A stretch of DNA of 39,249 nt, from contig NC_057726.1 of assembly GCF_004010195.1 (NCBI RefSeq), forward strand, positions 69,177,418 to 69,216,666. Reading direction: 5' to 3'. Origin of the DNA: Chiloscyllium plagiosum. Its lineage: Eukaryota. This document shows, in pieces, positions 1 through 10,980 of this stretch. The notes under the pieces were generated by a model, which did not search any database, was not told where the DNA came from, and saw only the letters and a list, made by a program, of their open reading frames with translations. Every line of letters starts with the position of its first letter. Within the stretch, counting starts at the first letter, position 1. A program made the translations under genes and the position numbers.

Positions 1-685
1 TCACGTCTCTTGCGTTTGCCTCACCCCTGCAATGTCTCATGAATCAGTTAGTGTCATTCAGAAAGCTGACTTCTGTTCATCAATGTACTCGAATCCAGCA
101 TAACCTATTGAAATATCTCTTATTTGTTCAAATAATTTAAAATATTATGGACATTTTATTGCATTTATATCACAACTTGTTTGTGTGGTTTAGTGAATTT
201 ACATTCAATTGCTCCATTTGAAATCATTAAATATTTGTGTGATGCTCTCAGCCACCTATTTGTAGCATTCTGATCCTATCTTGACGAAGAAAGGGTGCTA
301 AGTGTTCAAGTAAGCATTCTATTGACTGCGCAGGGAAGTTAGCTGTGCTCGTTATCCCTTGCGGGCTTCTCTCCTGCCTTTGTCGGTAATAAGCCCATGG
401 ATTTGAGAGTTTGTGTTTAAGCAGGTTTGTTACATACCGGAGAGTATTTAGTAGATGACGGAGTATCCCAATAATGAAGGATGGGAATACTTGCAGACCT
501 GTGTTTACTGTATTCAGACTGCTGTGGAATATTGTTGGAGCAATATGCATACAGAATTTACCCGGTATTACATCATAATATTTGGTTGTAGCTGGCAAAG
601 AGAGAACCCCTCAGTCTTTTGTTACAGAATCCATGCAGTTTCTGGCCACCCATGTCCGATTCACTGTCTGATTCAAACATGGAAA

Positions 686-1200
686 AACAGAAATTGCTCG
701 AGAAACTCAGCAGGACTGTCAGTGTCTGTGGAGAGAAATCAGAGTTGACGTTTCGGGTCTATTGACTGTTCAGAACTCTGAATTCTGCTTTCTAAATCTG
801 ATTTCCAGCATCTGCAATTCGTTTGTTTTATTTTACAAACATGGAAAATTTGATTGACCTGATGTTCATTTACTTTAAAAGATCCAACGTGTAGAGTCAT
901 AGAGAGTAATAGAGTATCATCGCAAAAAATAAAATTAATGTATCAATGAAATCTTATTTGGATTCATTTAATTCATTATTCTCATTGCTGAGAGTAGAGC
1001 TCCACTGTATTTACCCTGAGCACACAGTCTTTTCCTGACTGTTGATAGAATCAGTCAGGATGCAGTAATGGACTCAGCCAGGATACAGTATGGCTGAAGA
1101 AGGGAAGGTTCTGCAGGAGGATTTAGCAGAATCGAAACGTTAACTCTGCTTTCTCTCCAGAATGTTGCCAGCTCTGCTGAGTTTCTCCAGTAATTCTGTT
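686..1200. repeat. Two inverted copies (686-755 and ~1134-1200) of a Penelope-type terminal / short repeat
   Basis: aacagaaattgctcgagaaactcagcagg...gagaaatcagagttgacgtttcg is the imperfect reverse complement of cgaaacgttaactctgctttctctccag...ctgctgagtttctccagtaattctgtt. Confidence 0.6.
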
Positions 1201-1330
1201 CTTGCTACAGTATGCCAGTCAGCATATCACAAAATTCGAAATGGGGGATAAATATGCTGGATTGAGTGAAAATAAAACAAAGTTACACCAAAACAGCAAC
1301 ATTATATATTGCACATTAAACAATAATATA

Positions 1331-1600
1331 TGGCACGGTGGCTCACTGTTTAGTACTGCTGCATCACAGCATTGGGATCTGGGTTCAATTCTCTGTGTCG
1401 GCGCGAGTTTCCTCTGGGTACTCCGGTTTCCTGCCATAATCCAGACATGTGCAGGCTAGGTGAATTGGCCTTGCTAAATTGCTCACAGAGTTGATGGATG
1501 TGTAGGTTAGTTGCATTAGTTAGGGGTAAATGATAGGGGAATGGGTCTGGGCGGGTTACTCTTCGGAGTGTCGCTGTGGTCGGTTGGATTCAATTTTAAA
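1331..1600 (+). mobile_element. tRNA-derived SINE (HE1-like)
   Basis: Head tggcacggtggctcactg (A box) ... gggttcaattc (B box), then body gtttcctctgggtactccggtttcc...gtgcaggctaggtgaattggcc. Confidence 0.75.
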
Positions 1601-2027
1601 AGAAAACTTGGCGGCATGGGCCGAAGGCCCTGATTTTTAAGGTTGTGGACCTCTATAACCCTATGACCACATGCATTTTGCAAGCTTTGCAAAGCATATT
1701 AAGGCATTGTATTTGCGTAGGTTGAAGGCATTTATTTGTAGGACGGTGCATACACTGATCAGTTGCAACCGATGGAAAATTATGTTTCACGTTACCTTCA
1801 TTTAAATGTAATGGATTTGGAAACAGCGATAATAATAATGACATGTTGGAATATATTCATGCGTGCTAATAATTTAATGTGATCTGAAGTACAGAGGTTT
1901 CTTTTCAAGCGCTGGTTGGGGATTCTTTTAAATAAAACAGAGCTAATCCCCATGCTTCAAAGTCAACTGGTAAATTTACGTTTTTGGAGCATCTATTGCT
2001 CCAACTCAGTCTGAGTGTCACAGACTC

Positions 2028-2350
2028 ATAGAATAGAATCCCATAAGTGGAAACAGTTTGGCTCAACAAGTCCACGCCAACCCTCCGAAGAATATCCCAC
2101 CCAGACCTATTCCTCTATTTTTCCCTAACTAATGCACCTCGCGTACACATCCCAGGACACTATGAGCAATTTAGCACGACCAATCCACCTAACCTGCATG
2201 TCTTTGTAACTGTGGGAGGAAACTGGAACACACAGCGGCAACCCACTCAGACACGGGGAGAATATGCAAACTGCACACAGTTTGATTCAGCCCGAGGTTG
2301 GAATCGAACCCTGAGAGGCAGCAGCGCTAACCACTGAGCCAGCGTGCCGC
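2028..2350 (-). mobile_element. tRNA-derived SINE (HE1-like)
   Basis: Reverse complement begins gcggcacgctggctcagtggttagcgctgctgcctctcagggttcgattcc (A/B boxes); same body as 1331 copy; CR1-like ttctattctatgagt tail. Confidence 0.8.
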
Positions 2351-3034
2351 GGGAAACGAAGTGAAGCAACATATAAAACACCCAGAAATCAAACTACAAC
2401 TGATAGGGAAGGCAGATGAGGTAAAATTAATTTCACTTTTCTTTTCGACAGTAATTCACTACATTCACCAGGAATGTTGACAACGGATCTTCAAAAATAC
2501 AGAATATTGGGTCAACTCTTATTCTCATCATCGACCTACTAACTTTCATTTGTGCTGGTTGAATTGTAACAAATACTTTATTCACTCAGAGGGCGAATTA
2601 TAATCACAATGTGCATTTAATTCAGAAATATAATACTGTTGTTCCTGGGAGGCGTTGCTTTCTGTAGGTTCTTCCCAGCCGGACAGAATATGCGGATTTT
2701 TAATCAGCTGTCATGATCATAAGTTTGCGCAAATTAATTACATACTGTAATGCCATCACCAGGACAAAGTTGATGTTCATCTGAATATAGGAGTGGACAA
2801 GCGATAAGTGCTAGCGACACTTACATCTAATGACTGAACAAATGCAACCGAACATTTCCATCATAATGATTCATGGGGTTTGATTAACTGAGCCTGAAAC
2901 TGGTCCCAGTCCATAAACGGTGGCTTCCATCAATTAGTGTTTGTATGAAGACAAGCAGAAAGATAATTTCCATACTCAACTGTTTTTTTAAATGTATTAT
3001 TCATTGATGGAACGCACTTGCCGCTAGCTGAATC

Positions 3035-3340
3035 AGCATTTATTGTTCTTCCCTTACAGTGGCCATGAGTAGGTTGTGAGGAGCTGACTTTTTGAACTGC
3101 TGCGATCCGTTTGGTGCAGCTAGACCCACCATGCCACTGGGGAAACAATTGCAGAATTTTGATCCTGTGACACTGAGGGAACCGCAATATATTTCAAAGT
3201 CAGGTTGGTGAGTGGCTTGGAGGCACGTGTGAAGATGGTGGTGCTCCCATCTCTCTGTTGCTCCTGTGCTCCCAGATGGAAGCGGCCTTTTACTTTTGCA
3301 AGCTGCTTTCGAAAGTGCCTTCGTGAGTGTACTGTGCTCA
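3035..3340 (-). mobile_element. LINE (CR1/L2-type) 3' fragment
   Basis: Resembles a recurrent chondrichthyan LINE 3' end (ttgaactgctgcgatccgtttggtgcag...atatttcaaagtcagg); recognition only. Confidence 0.45.
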
Positions 3341-3474
3341 CTGAGATTCCCCAACTAAAGGAATACTACTATGAGTTAATCTGGATTGTTCGGTGATGTC
3401 AGGTCTTCCATTTATTTTGCCGTTGTAATGTACTAATAGTGTTTTAATAACGATTACCATCAATGTATTCACAG

Positions 3475-3750
3475 TGCCACCAACTCCAGTGAAAATTGTT
3501 CAAATGCCTGCTCCGTCCCTCACTCTCCGCTGCACGACAGCTCCTTTTTTCCCAGAGGAAATTCACGTAATTTGGTATAAAAATGATATCCTGATTACAT
3601 CTGGGATCAACGCCACGAAAGTATGGAAAGAGGGGAGTTTATTTAAAGTCTCCAGCGTTCTCAATCATCTGGAGAGCGGATCGGTTTATATGTGTCAGAT
3701 TTCCCATGTAGCCCTCCAGCTCCCAGCCTGCGTCAGCTACAAGATTCAGG
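3475..3750 (+). CDS. Receptor gene A: Ig C1-set domain exon (phase 1-1)
   Basis: ttcacag|TG...CAGG|gtgaga; VPPTPVKI...LTLRCTTAPFFPEEIHVIWYKND...FKVSS...VYMCQISHVALQLP shows the C1 motifs C-x4-F(Y/F)P, W, and YxCxxxH. Confidence 0.9.
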
Positions 3751-5189
3751 GTGAGAAATGTGAACTTTTAATACTGTTTCCACATTCCGAGTTTGGTGTG
3801 ATGTGCCATTACCTATTTGGGCCATTTTAAAACCATGATAGTGAAACGCGACACTCTCCTTTCATGGCTTTTGGGTTTTTTGGGTTTTTTGAAAACATGT
3901 CATTATATAAACTCAGTGATATGATTCAGAAGGCAGACTATAAATTTCGTAGCTAATGCATTTCGTTCTCATGGCATGAGTTTGCGGCGATGGGACCGCG
4001 ACATTGGGGATTTATTGGACATCAGCATCAGTCTCATTTCATTTCACAGCTCTCGTGGACTTTCTGCGTCCAGAGTGCTGCCTGATTCCAAATGACACAT
4101 GCAAATGTGCAGGTCTAAGATTTGCTGAGGATCAAGTTCAAAAAGATTTTAGTTCGATTTAAATGCGACCGAAAATCGATTTACAGTTGGGAGATTTTCC
4201 AAGGTTTACTTTGACGGTATAATCGAAGTAAACAGGGCGAACGACAAGGATGTATCGGGGTATAAACTAAGCGAGTGTAATGCGGCAAGGAAAACTGGTG
4301 TGATTGCGTTCAGAAAACTAAAAGCCTGCATTCACTGATATGAGACTGTGACAAAATTTAAATACTGGTTTGACAAATACGGTCAAATCAATACAAAAAA
4401 GGTTTTAATTATCTTATAATTGGTAAATAGCCATCTTGGTACTGTAACCATGTCCTGGGGACTTGAGGAAAATCGTAAGAACGCCCACATTAAAAAAAAA
4501 AGCCTCCATAGTTACGGTGATTTCAACATTTAAAATGGATAAGCGTCAGGATATTTTAATGACACAATGAAGAGGCCACACTGTGTACATTTAGCTTATA
4601 TGTACTATCCCATTCCTTTCATTAAAGTCAATTAATTTTGTCCTGTCTGGTTTTGTTCATTAATGTTTGCATCACATCCGGGAAGTTTGCCTGTGCACTA
4701 AAGACGCCCGAGACCTCTAAAAGGAGGCGGGGTTCTGCCTGCTCTGTCTGATGGCCACTGTTTTCAAACGATTTCTCAGCTCTTGATAATGTTTTTGTAA
4801 AATTAATTTTCCGTAATTTGTTCAAACCTATTTAATTAAATTTGACTTATATTTCCTGCACAATGAAACTTCTAAACATGGTGTACAAATACACAACAAA
4901 CCTGGTGGGGGGCAGCAACACAATCACATATGTACCACAAACTTGATTAATATTTGAAAATTATTCTGAATTGATAGTCACGTGTGATTTATTGTCTGTC
5001 AGACGTTGTCAGGCTAAAATTTTCCCAATTAGGCATCGCGGTGGAATATATTATGGAGTGTGTGTTACACCATTCATGACAGAGTGTGTCCAAGTTATTC
5101 TCTTGCCCTTTGATTGTGAATTTGCTTAAGTGTTTAACACCATCTTCTCTGTAAAATGCAAATTGCAGCTTTTGTTTTACATATTCTAG

Positions 5190-5309
5190 GCAACGGCAAC
5201 AATAACTTTCCTTACGTCTTGGTGTCTGGGTGTGCAGTGGGCGGTTTAATAATTTTGTTTCCCGTTGTTGCAATTCTTGTCAAGCGACGGACATCAGGCA
5301 AACCTGAAG
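5190..5309 (+). CDS. Receptor gene A: transmembrane exon (uncharged TM)
   Basis: ttttacatattctag|GC...GAAG|gtaagc, 120 bp, phase 1-1; GNGNNNFPYVLVSGCAVGGLIILFPVVAILV-KRR, a hydrophobic helix with basic stop-transfer residues. Confidence 0.85.
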
Positions 5310-5822
5310 GTAAGCCCTGGCATTACCCTGTTTAGTTGTTTTGTTTGGTCTACTCATTGTTGGATGTTGTCGCACGGACCGTGTAAAGTTCAGACACAGA
5401 TCTAGATATTCAGATCAATGCAGACATCAGGAAAAAAAAAGATTGGCTTCCTGGGCCTCAGAGCTTGAATGCAGGCAATGCCTGAAAAGGAACTTTGCAG
5501 AATAATACGTCCACATCTCCATGTTAAAGTCAACCATAGCTTTGTTCTTTACAATACCTCAAGATGATAATGTGAACGATCTAGATTAATACCCTTAATG
5601 CTGTAACAGGGAAAAGGATCACCGCTGGGTAAGAAAGTGTGAAATGTGTATGACAAAATAATATATCGCACCTTTGACCAAAGCTAATCCGCAATTAGAC
5701 ACTGGTGTTATTTCTTATTGATGTCGAATCTGGTCACTTTAAACCAATATACTTTGGGAGGCTCTTCACACATCAAGTTCATGATAACTTTTATTGTTGA
5801 TATCAGTTTCATTCTCCAATAG

Positions 5823-5866
5823 GAACACAGATTACTGAAGACATACCAGAGCAGCTGGAGCCGCAG
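5823..5866 (+). CDS. Receptor gene A: 44-bp cytoplasmic exon
   Basis: ttctccaatag|GAACAC...CCGCAG|gttagt, phase 1-0, GTQITEDIPEQLEPQ; same length, start (GAACAC) and end (CAG) as 22030-22073. Confidence 0.75.
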
Positions 5867-5904
5867 GTTAGTTTCATTCTCATCCAATCAGACACTGAAA
5901 TATG

Positions 5905-6835
5905 CTCTGGATGTAGGTTTGCTCGCTGAGCAGGAAGGTCCATTTCCAGATTTTTTTTCACCCTAATAGGTAACATCTTCAGTAGGCCTTCAGGTGAAGC
6001 TCTGCTGCTGATTCCGGCTTTCTATTTATGTGTTTGGGTTTCTTTCGGTTGTAGATGTCATTTCCTGTGGTGATGTCATTTCCTGTTCTTTTTCTCAGGG
6101 TATGGTAGATGGGGTCGAACTCAATATGTTTGTTGATAGAGTTCTGGTTGGAATGCCATGCTTCTAGGAATTTTCGTGCATGTTTCTGTTTGGCTTGTCC
6201 TCGGATGGATGTGTTGTCCCAGGCAAAGTCATGTCATTCCTAATCTGTATGTAAGGATACTAATGAGAAAGGATCATGTTGTTTTGTGGCTAATTGATGT
6301 TCATGTATCCTAGTGGTTAGTTTTCTGCCTGTTTGTCCAATGTAGTGTTTGTTGCAGTCCTTGCACAGTATTTTGTAAATGGCATTATTTTTTCTTGTTG
6401 TCTGTATAGGGTCTTACAAGTTCATTAGTTGCTGTTTTAATGTGTTGGTGGAGTTGTGGACCACCATGATGCCAAGGGGTCATTACCAACACAGTAAAAA
6501 AGCAGCTAGGACAAGCCAAACAGAGACATGCATGAGAATTCCGAGAAGCATGGCATTCCAATTGGAACTCTATCAACAAACACATTGAGTTAGACTCCAT
6601 CTATCACCCCCTAAGAAAAAGAACAGGAAATTACAGCACCACAGGAAATAACATCACCAACCCAATGAATCCTAAACATATAAATAGAAAGCAGGAATCA
6701 GCAGCAGTGCTTTGCCTGGAGGCCCACTGAAGATGTTACCTGGTAGGGTGATGAAGCATCTAGAAATGAACCTTCGAGCTCAGTGAGCAAACCTACATCC
6801 AGAACCTCATCCTAAACTACAAATCTTCTCAAAAC
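5905..6835 (-). mobile_element. Penelope-like retroelement 3' fragment with inverted terminal duplication
   Basis: Minus strand ~6400-6150 encodes NAIYKILCKDCNKHYIGQTGRKL...RIHEH...FLEAWHS (GIY-YIG endonuclease, with stops); ~6508-6825 is an inverted copy of ~5905-6205. Confidence 0.85.
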
Positions 6836-6960
6836 ATGCTATTGAAATATGCTGTACATTGGCACCAAAATTATAGTAATTCTATTAATATAACAGAACT
6901 GCTTTAGCTTATGCCAGAACAACCTGTGAGTATCACTGAGTAAGTGCTTCTTTTACTTTC

Positions 6961-7085
6961 TGGTGGCTCCGTATTAGCACTGCTGCCTCAAAGTTGTACA
7001 GACCCAGACTGATTCAAGGCTCGGGTGACTGTGTGAAGTTTGCAAGTTTTACCCATGTCTGCACGGGCTTCCTCCGGGTGCTCAG
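6961..7085 (+). mobile_element. SINE (HE1-like) 5' fragment
   Basis: tggtggctccgtattagcactgctgcctca...gggcttcctccgggtgctc, homologous to the 1331 and 2028 copies. Confidence 0.6.
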
Positions 7086-7544
7086 ACTATCACCAAGTTA
7101 GCATTTCTTTTACTTCATTATCTTCCTCCACATTGCTGGCAGAACTCGCTTTCAAGTAATCCATCAATTCTCACAGACATTGATTTCTGTACTGGTGTTT
7201 TATCTAAGCCACCCTGACAACTATTCAAATACGTGAAGTAGCCTATTCCAGTTCAAGAAGAAGGACCGCTAGTGATTATGATTCAGAAATTATGATTTGA
7301 ACGTTTCTGAACTTTCAATTAGTGCCATAACATCCATTACTTAATTTTTCAATACTTTACTCTGAGCAAGGAGTGGCAATAAATGTTGGCGCGTTTGCAG
7401 AAAATGGATCCGCTGATCTGCTTATATAACAGTTCTCACATATATAATACCAATTATTGTACCTACCTTGCAGTTACGAACTGCACTGTTCTACTTATCT
7501 ACCGTTGTATGGACTGTAACCATGATATGGCAGTGCTGGTGTTG

Positions 7545-7705
7545 TACAGGGGTGGACAAGGTAAACCAAAATGTTTATTTGAAATCACAAGCTTTTGGAG
7601 TGCTGCTCCTTCGTCAGGTGAAGTAAAGAGAAACATGCAGGCACAGAATGTACAGGCTATATTTATGGACTACAACCTGGTGTCCTGTGACTTCTGACCA
7701 TGTCA
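7545..7705 (-). mobile_element. Remnant of a Penelope-type terminal repeat
   Basis: agcttttggagtgctgctccttcgtcaggtg and ggactacaacctggtgtc motifs; the latter recurs at ~26319-26340 (ggactataacctggtgttg). Confidence 0.45.
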
Positions 7706-8022
7706 GGATTGGGTGCATTGGACCTTGTGCATGATGTTTTTGACTTGTGATAAGCAAATAATAAATGCCCCAAAATTTCTCATCAGATTAGGTATGGGAG
7801 AGAAGTGAACAGCCCTTCCTATGCTGCTCTCAATTTCAGTGAGCACGGGAAATCTGCAAAACCCAGGCATCTGGGAGAGCCAACTATCTATGCCCAGGTA
7901 TGAGTATGCCAAAAAAGGAGTGATCAGGTATAAGTAGCTAATCTCAGCAATGTACATTGACAAAAGTAGAAAAATACATTTGAATAAAGGATGCAACTGA
8001 TCTTTTATTGTTGTTCCCTCAG

Positions 8023-8172
8023 ACTCAACAAAGTGCTGGCATTAAACTGATATATACATCTGTGGAATTCACCAATCCGCAGAAAAGTGAAAAAACCAAC
8101 AAACAGAAAATGGAAATGGAATATGCAAAGATCAAGATAAACAAGCCAAATGGAGAATCCCAGCTCGTATGA
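8023..8172 (+). CDS. Receptor gene A: terminal cytoplasmic exon with ITIM (LIYTSV) and ITIM/ITSM-like motif (MEYAKI)
   Basis: ttgttgttccctcag|ACT, phase 0 matching the previous exon; TQQSAGIKLIYTSVEFTNPQKSEKTNKQKMEMEYAKIKINKPNGESQLV*. Confidence 0.8.
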   Translation, partial: TQQSAGIKLIYTSVEFTNPQKSEKTNKQKMEMEYAKIKINKPNGESQLV

Positions 8173-8500
8173 AGAATTGTAAAGTCCAATAATGGGCCAG
8201 CCACATAGGGTCCACCATGCAGTGTCTGATTATGGAAACTACCTGTACAGTACATTATTGGTTATTTAGTAGCACATTGACACATAAAGGAATGGAAGGA
8301 ATCTGCAGAAGATTTACTGAGAGAAAGACATTGGGAATTGGCACAGCAGCTGACCTTGAAACCTACAGCTTGTTTAAAAGAACCAAAGCAGTACAGTATT
8401 CATCAAAGTTTTAAAGTGGGACACATGAAATGTGAAACACATTTGTCATTTCGGGTAGGAGTAGAAGATGATTAGTTGGATGAGTTATGCAACATTATAA

Positions 8501-8506
8501 AATAAA
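8501..8506 (+). terminator. Candidate polyadenylation signal of gene A
   Basis: First AATAAA seen downstream of the stop codon (~330 nt after it). Confidence 0.35.
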
Positions 8507-9199
8507 CCATTTTTTATACAATCAGAGGAGCACTTGACAATTTGGTCATCTTCCCTCATCTCTAACAGCATTTAGGTTCTATAAGAAAATGCTCTTACCA
8601 TTCTTTGAATAATGATATCAACAAGTCCTTATATTCCTTTCTATTTCATTGACTTATCTAGCTCCTTCTGCCATGCACAAATCATCATCTCAAAGACATT
8701 GTGTGGGAGCAAACTGAACCTACAAAGTTTATTTCCTGGGTAAGCAGAAGAAAATCATGACAAGGAGAATGGTAGATACTTGAAACCCTTGAACCTTCTA
8801 CAGCATGTATTCGGAATATTGCGACCTTCACTGAAATTTCTTGTTTGGTCCACAATATCCCACACTTTGTAGCCCTTGACAGTCTTGTCTATCAAATATC
8901 TGCCTAATGTATTCAATGAATAAATTCTCAATGTATTATATGGCCCATCTACAACTGGCTGCTTGGGAGGAGAATGTTACAGTCCAATCACCTACTGGGA
9001 AATTAACATTTTCCCAATGTACATCATTGTGATTCCATGGAGCATAGGAAGGTATGGGATGTTTTCATATGGATTTATGAAATCATGAGCAGCACAACTA
9101 AGGTGAATAGCCAAGGTCCTTTGCGCAGTGTAGGAAAATCCAAAACTGGAGGGCATAGGTTTAAGGTGTGAGGAGAAATAATTAAAATGGATCCAACTT

Positions 9200-10330
9200 T
9201 ATTAACTAATCTACCATGTAGAACCCTGGTGAAATCCTTGCTAAAAGGTGATGTTTACCACTTTGCCTGCATCTATTGAACATATTCTTGAACATATTTT
9301 CAAACAAATTTGTGAGAAACAGTTTCCCACGCACAAAACAATGCTGACTATCCCTGAAAAGTCTTTGCCGTTCCAAATGCATGTAAATCCTGCCTCTGAG
9401 AATCCCTCCAGCAACTGACCCACCACTGACATTCGGCTCACAGATCTATAGTTCTCTGGCTTTTCTTTGTAGATTTTCCTAAATAATGGCACAACATTAG
9501 TCACCCTTCAGTCTGCCAACATCTCACCTGCAGCTGTTGAAGATACTCGTACCTCTGGTGGGTGTCCCCCAATTGCTTTCCTCGCTTCCGACAATGTCCT
9601 GGCAATTTATCCACCTTTGTGCATTTCAAAACCTTCAGCACCTCCTCTGCTGTAATATGGATGCTTTTCAAGACATCTCTATTTATTTCTCTGAGTTCGC
9701 CAGTTTCCATGTCTTTATCCAGAGCAAATACTGACAGAAAGAATCGACTTAGGATCTCACCCATCTCTAGTGCTTCCACACATAGATGGCCTTGTTGACC
9801 TTTAAGGGGTTCTATTCTCTCCATAATTACTCTTTGCCCTTCAGAGACAGGGAGAATTTTTATCGCATGTGCTTTTTCTGCCCTCCCTTTGAAGTGTACT
9901 GCTACTCCTTCTATGCTCCTCAAGAATTTATTTAATCTCAAATGTTTAAATTTGACATGTACCTCCTTTTCATTGATCAGAGCTTCAGCACTTCATATTT
10001 CCTAGTCCTACTAGCCTTACCATTCACACTTACAGGAACATGCTCAGCCTGAACTCCTGCTATCTCGCTTTTGAATAATTCCCACTAACCAGGCATTCTT
10101 TGACCTGCGCACAGCCTCCACCAATCAACTTTCAAAAATCCCTATCTCATGCAATCAAAATTGGCCTTGTCCCACGTTGGAACTTTAGCTTGTGGACCAG
10201 ACCTATCCTTTTCTGTAACTATTTTAAAACTAAGTAGTATTATGGTGATTGGTTCCAAAATGGTCTCGCACTAACATCTTAGTCACTTGCCGTCCCTTAA
10301 TTCTCAGCAGGAGGTTGAGTTTTGTCCTTC
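9200..10330 (-). mobile_element. CR1 LINE ORF2 internal fragment (degenerate)
   Basis: Minus ORFs contain EMGEILS.FF.SVF, VDKLPG and NVVPLFRK..KEKPENYRSVS (CR1 pre-RT/RT motifs). Confidence 0.85.
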
Positions 10331-10334
10331 TCTG

Positions 10335-10980
10335 AAAAGCAGGACAAAAAAGGAGAGTTAATGATTCGAGCGTAAGTTTTTCATCGCAAATGTGGGTCAG
10401 GGCCCAAGTTGGCTAAGAGATAGAGCAGCGGGGAATGTGGCTTGGAATGTGATAGGGAGATGAAGGCGGGGATGATGGTGATGGGTCAAAGTGGAGGGTG
10501 GAACACATAGGTGGGAAGGAAGATAAACAGGTATGACAATTACAGAGGGTGGTGCTGAGTTGGATGGTGGTATCTAGAATAAGGTGGGGGGAAGGGAGAT
10601 GAACAAACTGGTGGAACAGACATTGATTCTGCCTGGTTGGAGGGTCCCAAGATGAAACATGAGGTGTTCTTCCTCCAGTTGTCTGGTAACTTGGATTTGG
10701 CGGTGGAGGAGGTGCAGGGCTTGGGTATCATTGGTGGAGTCGGAGGGGGAGGGAGAGTTGAAATGGTCACCCACAGGGCAGTGGAGTTGTTTGATGTGCG
10801 TGTTCCGGAGATGTTCTCTCAAATGTTCCGCAAGTTGTCGTCCTGTCTCCCTAATGTACAGGAGACCACATTGAGAGCAATGGACACAGTAGATGATGTG
10901 TTTGGAGGTGCAGGAAAATCTCTGCTGGATGTGGAAGGATCCTTTGGGACCTTGGGTGACAGTGAGGGGGACATTTGTAG
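10335..10980 (-). mobile_element. Penelope-like element 3' fragment (GIY-YIG endonuclease, second family)
   Basis: ORF 10574-10984: FSCTSKHIIYCVHCSQCGLLYIRETGRQLAEHLREH...VGDHFN...LGTLQPGRIN. Confidence 0.85.

Noticed and set aside
248-748. ORFs 248-598(-) and 455-748(+) as the missing V exon of gene A
   Set aside because: No Ig V pattern (C...W...DxGxYxC) and no matching splice sites; the gene A V exon is probably upstream of the window.
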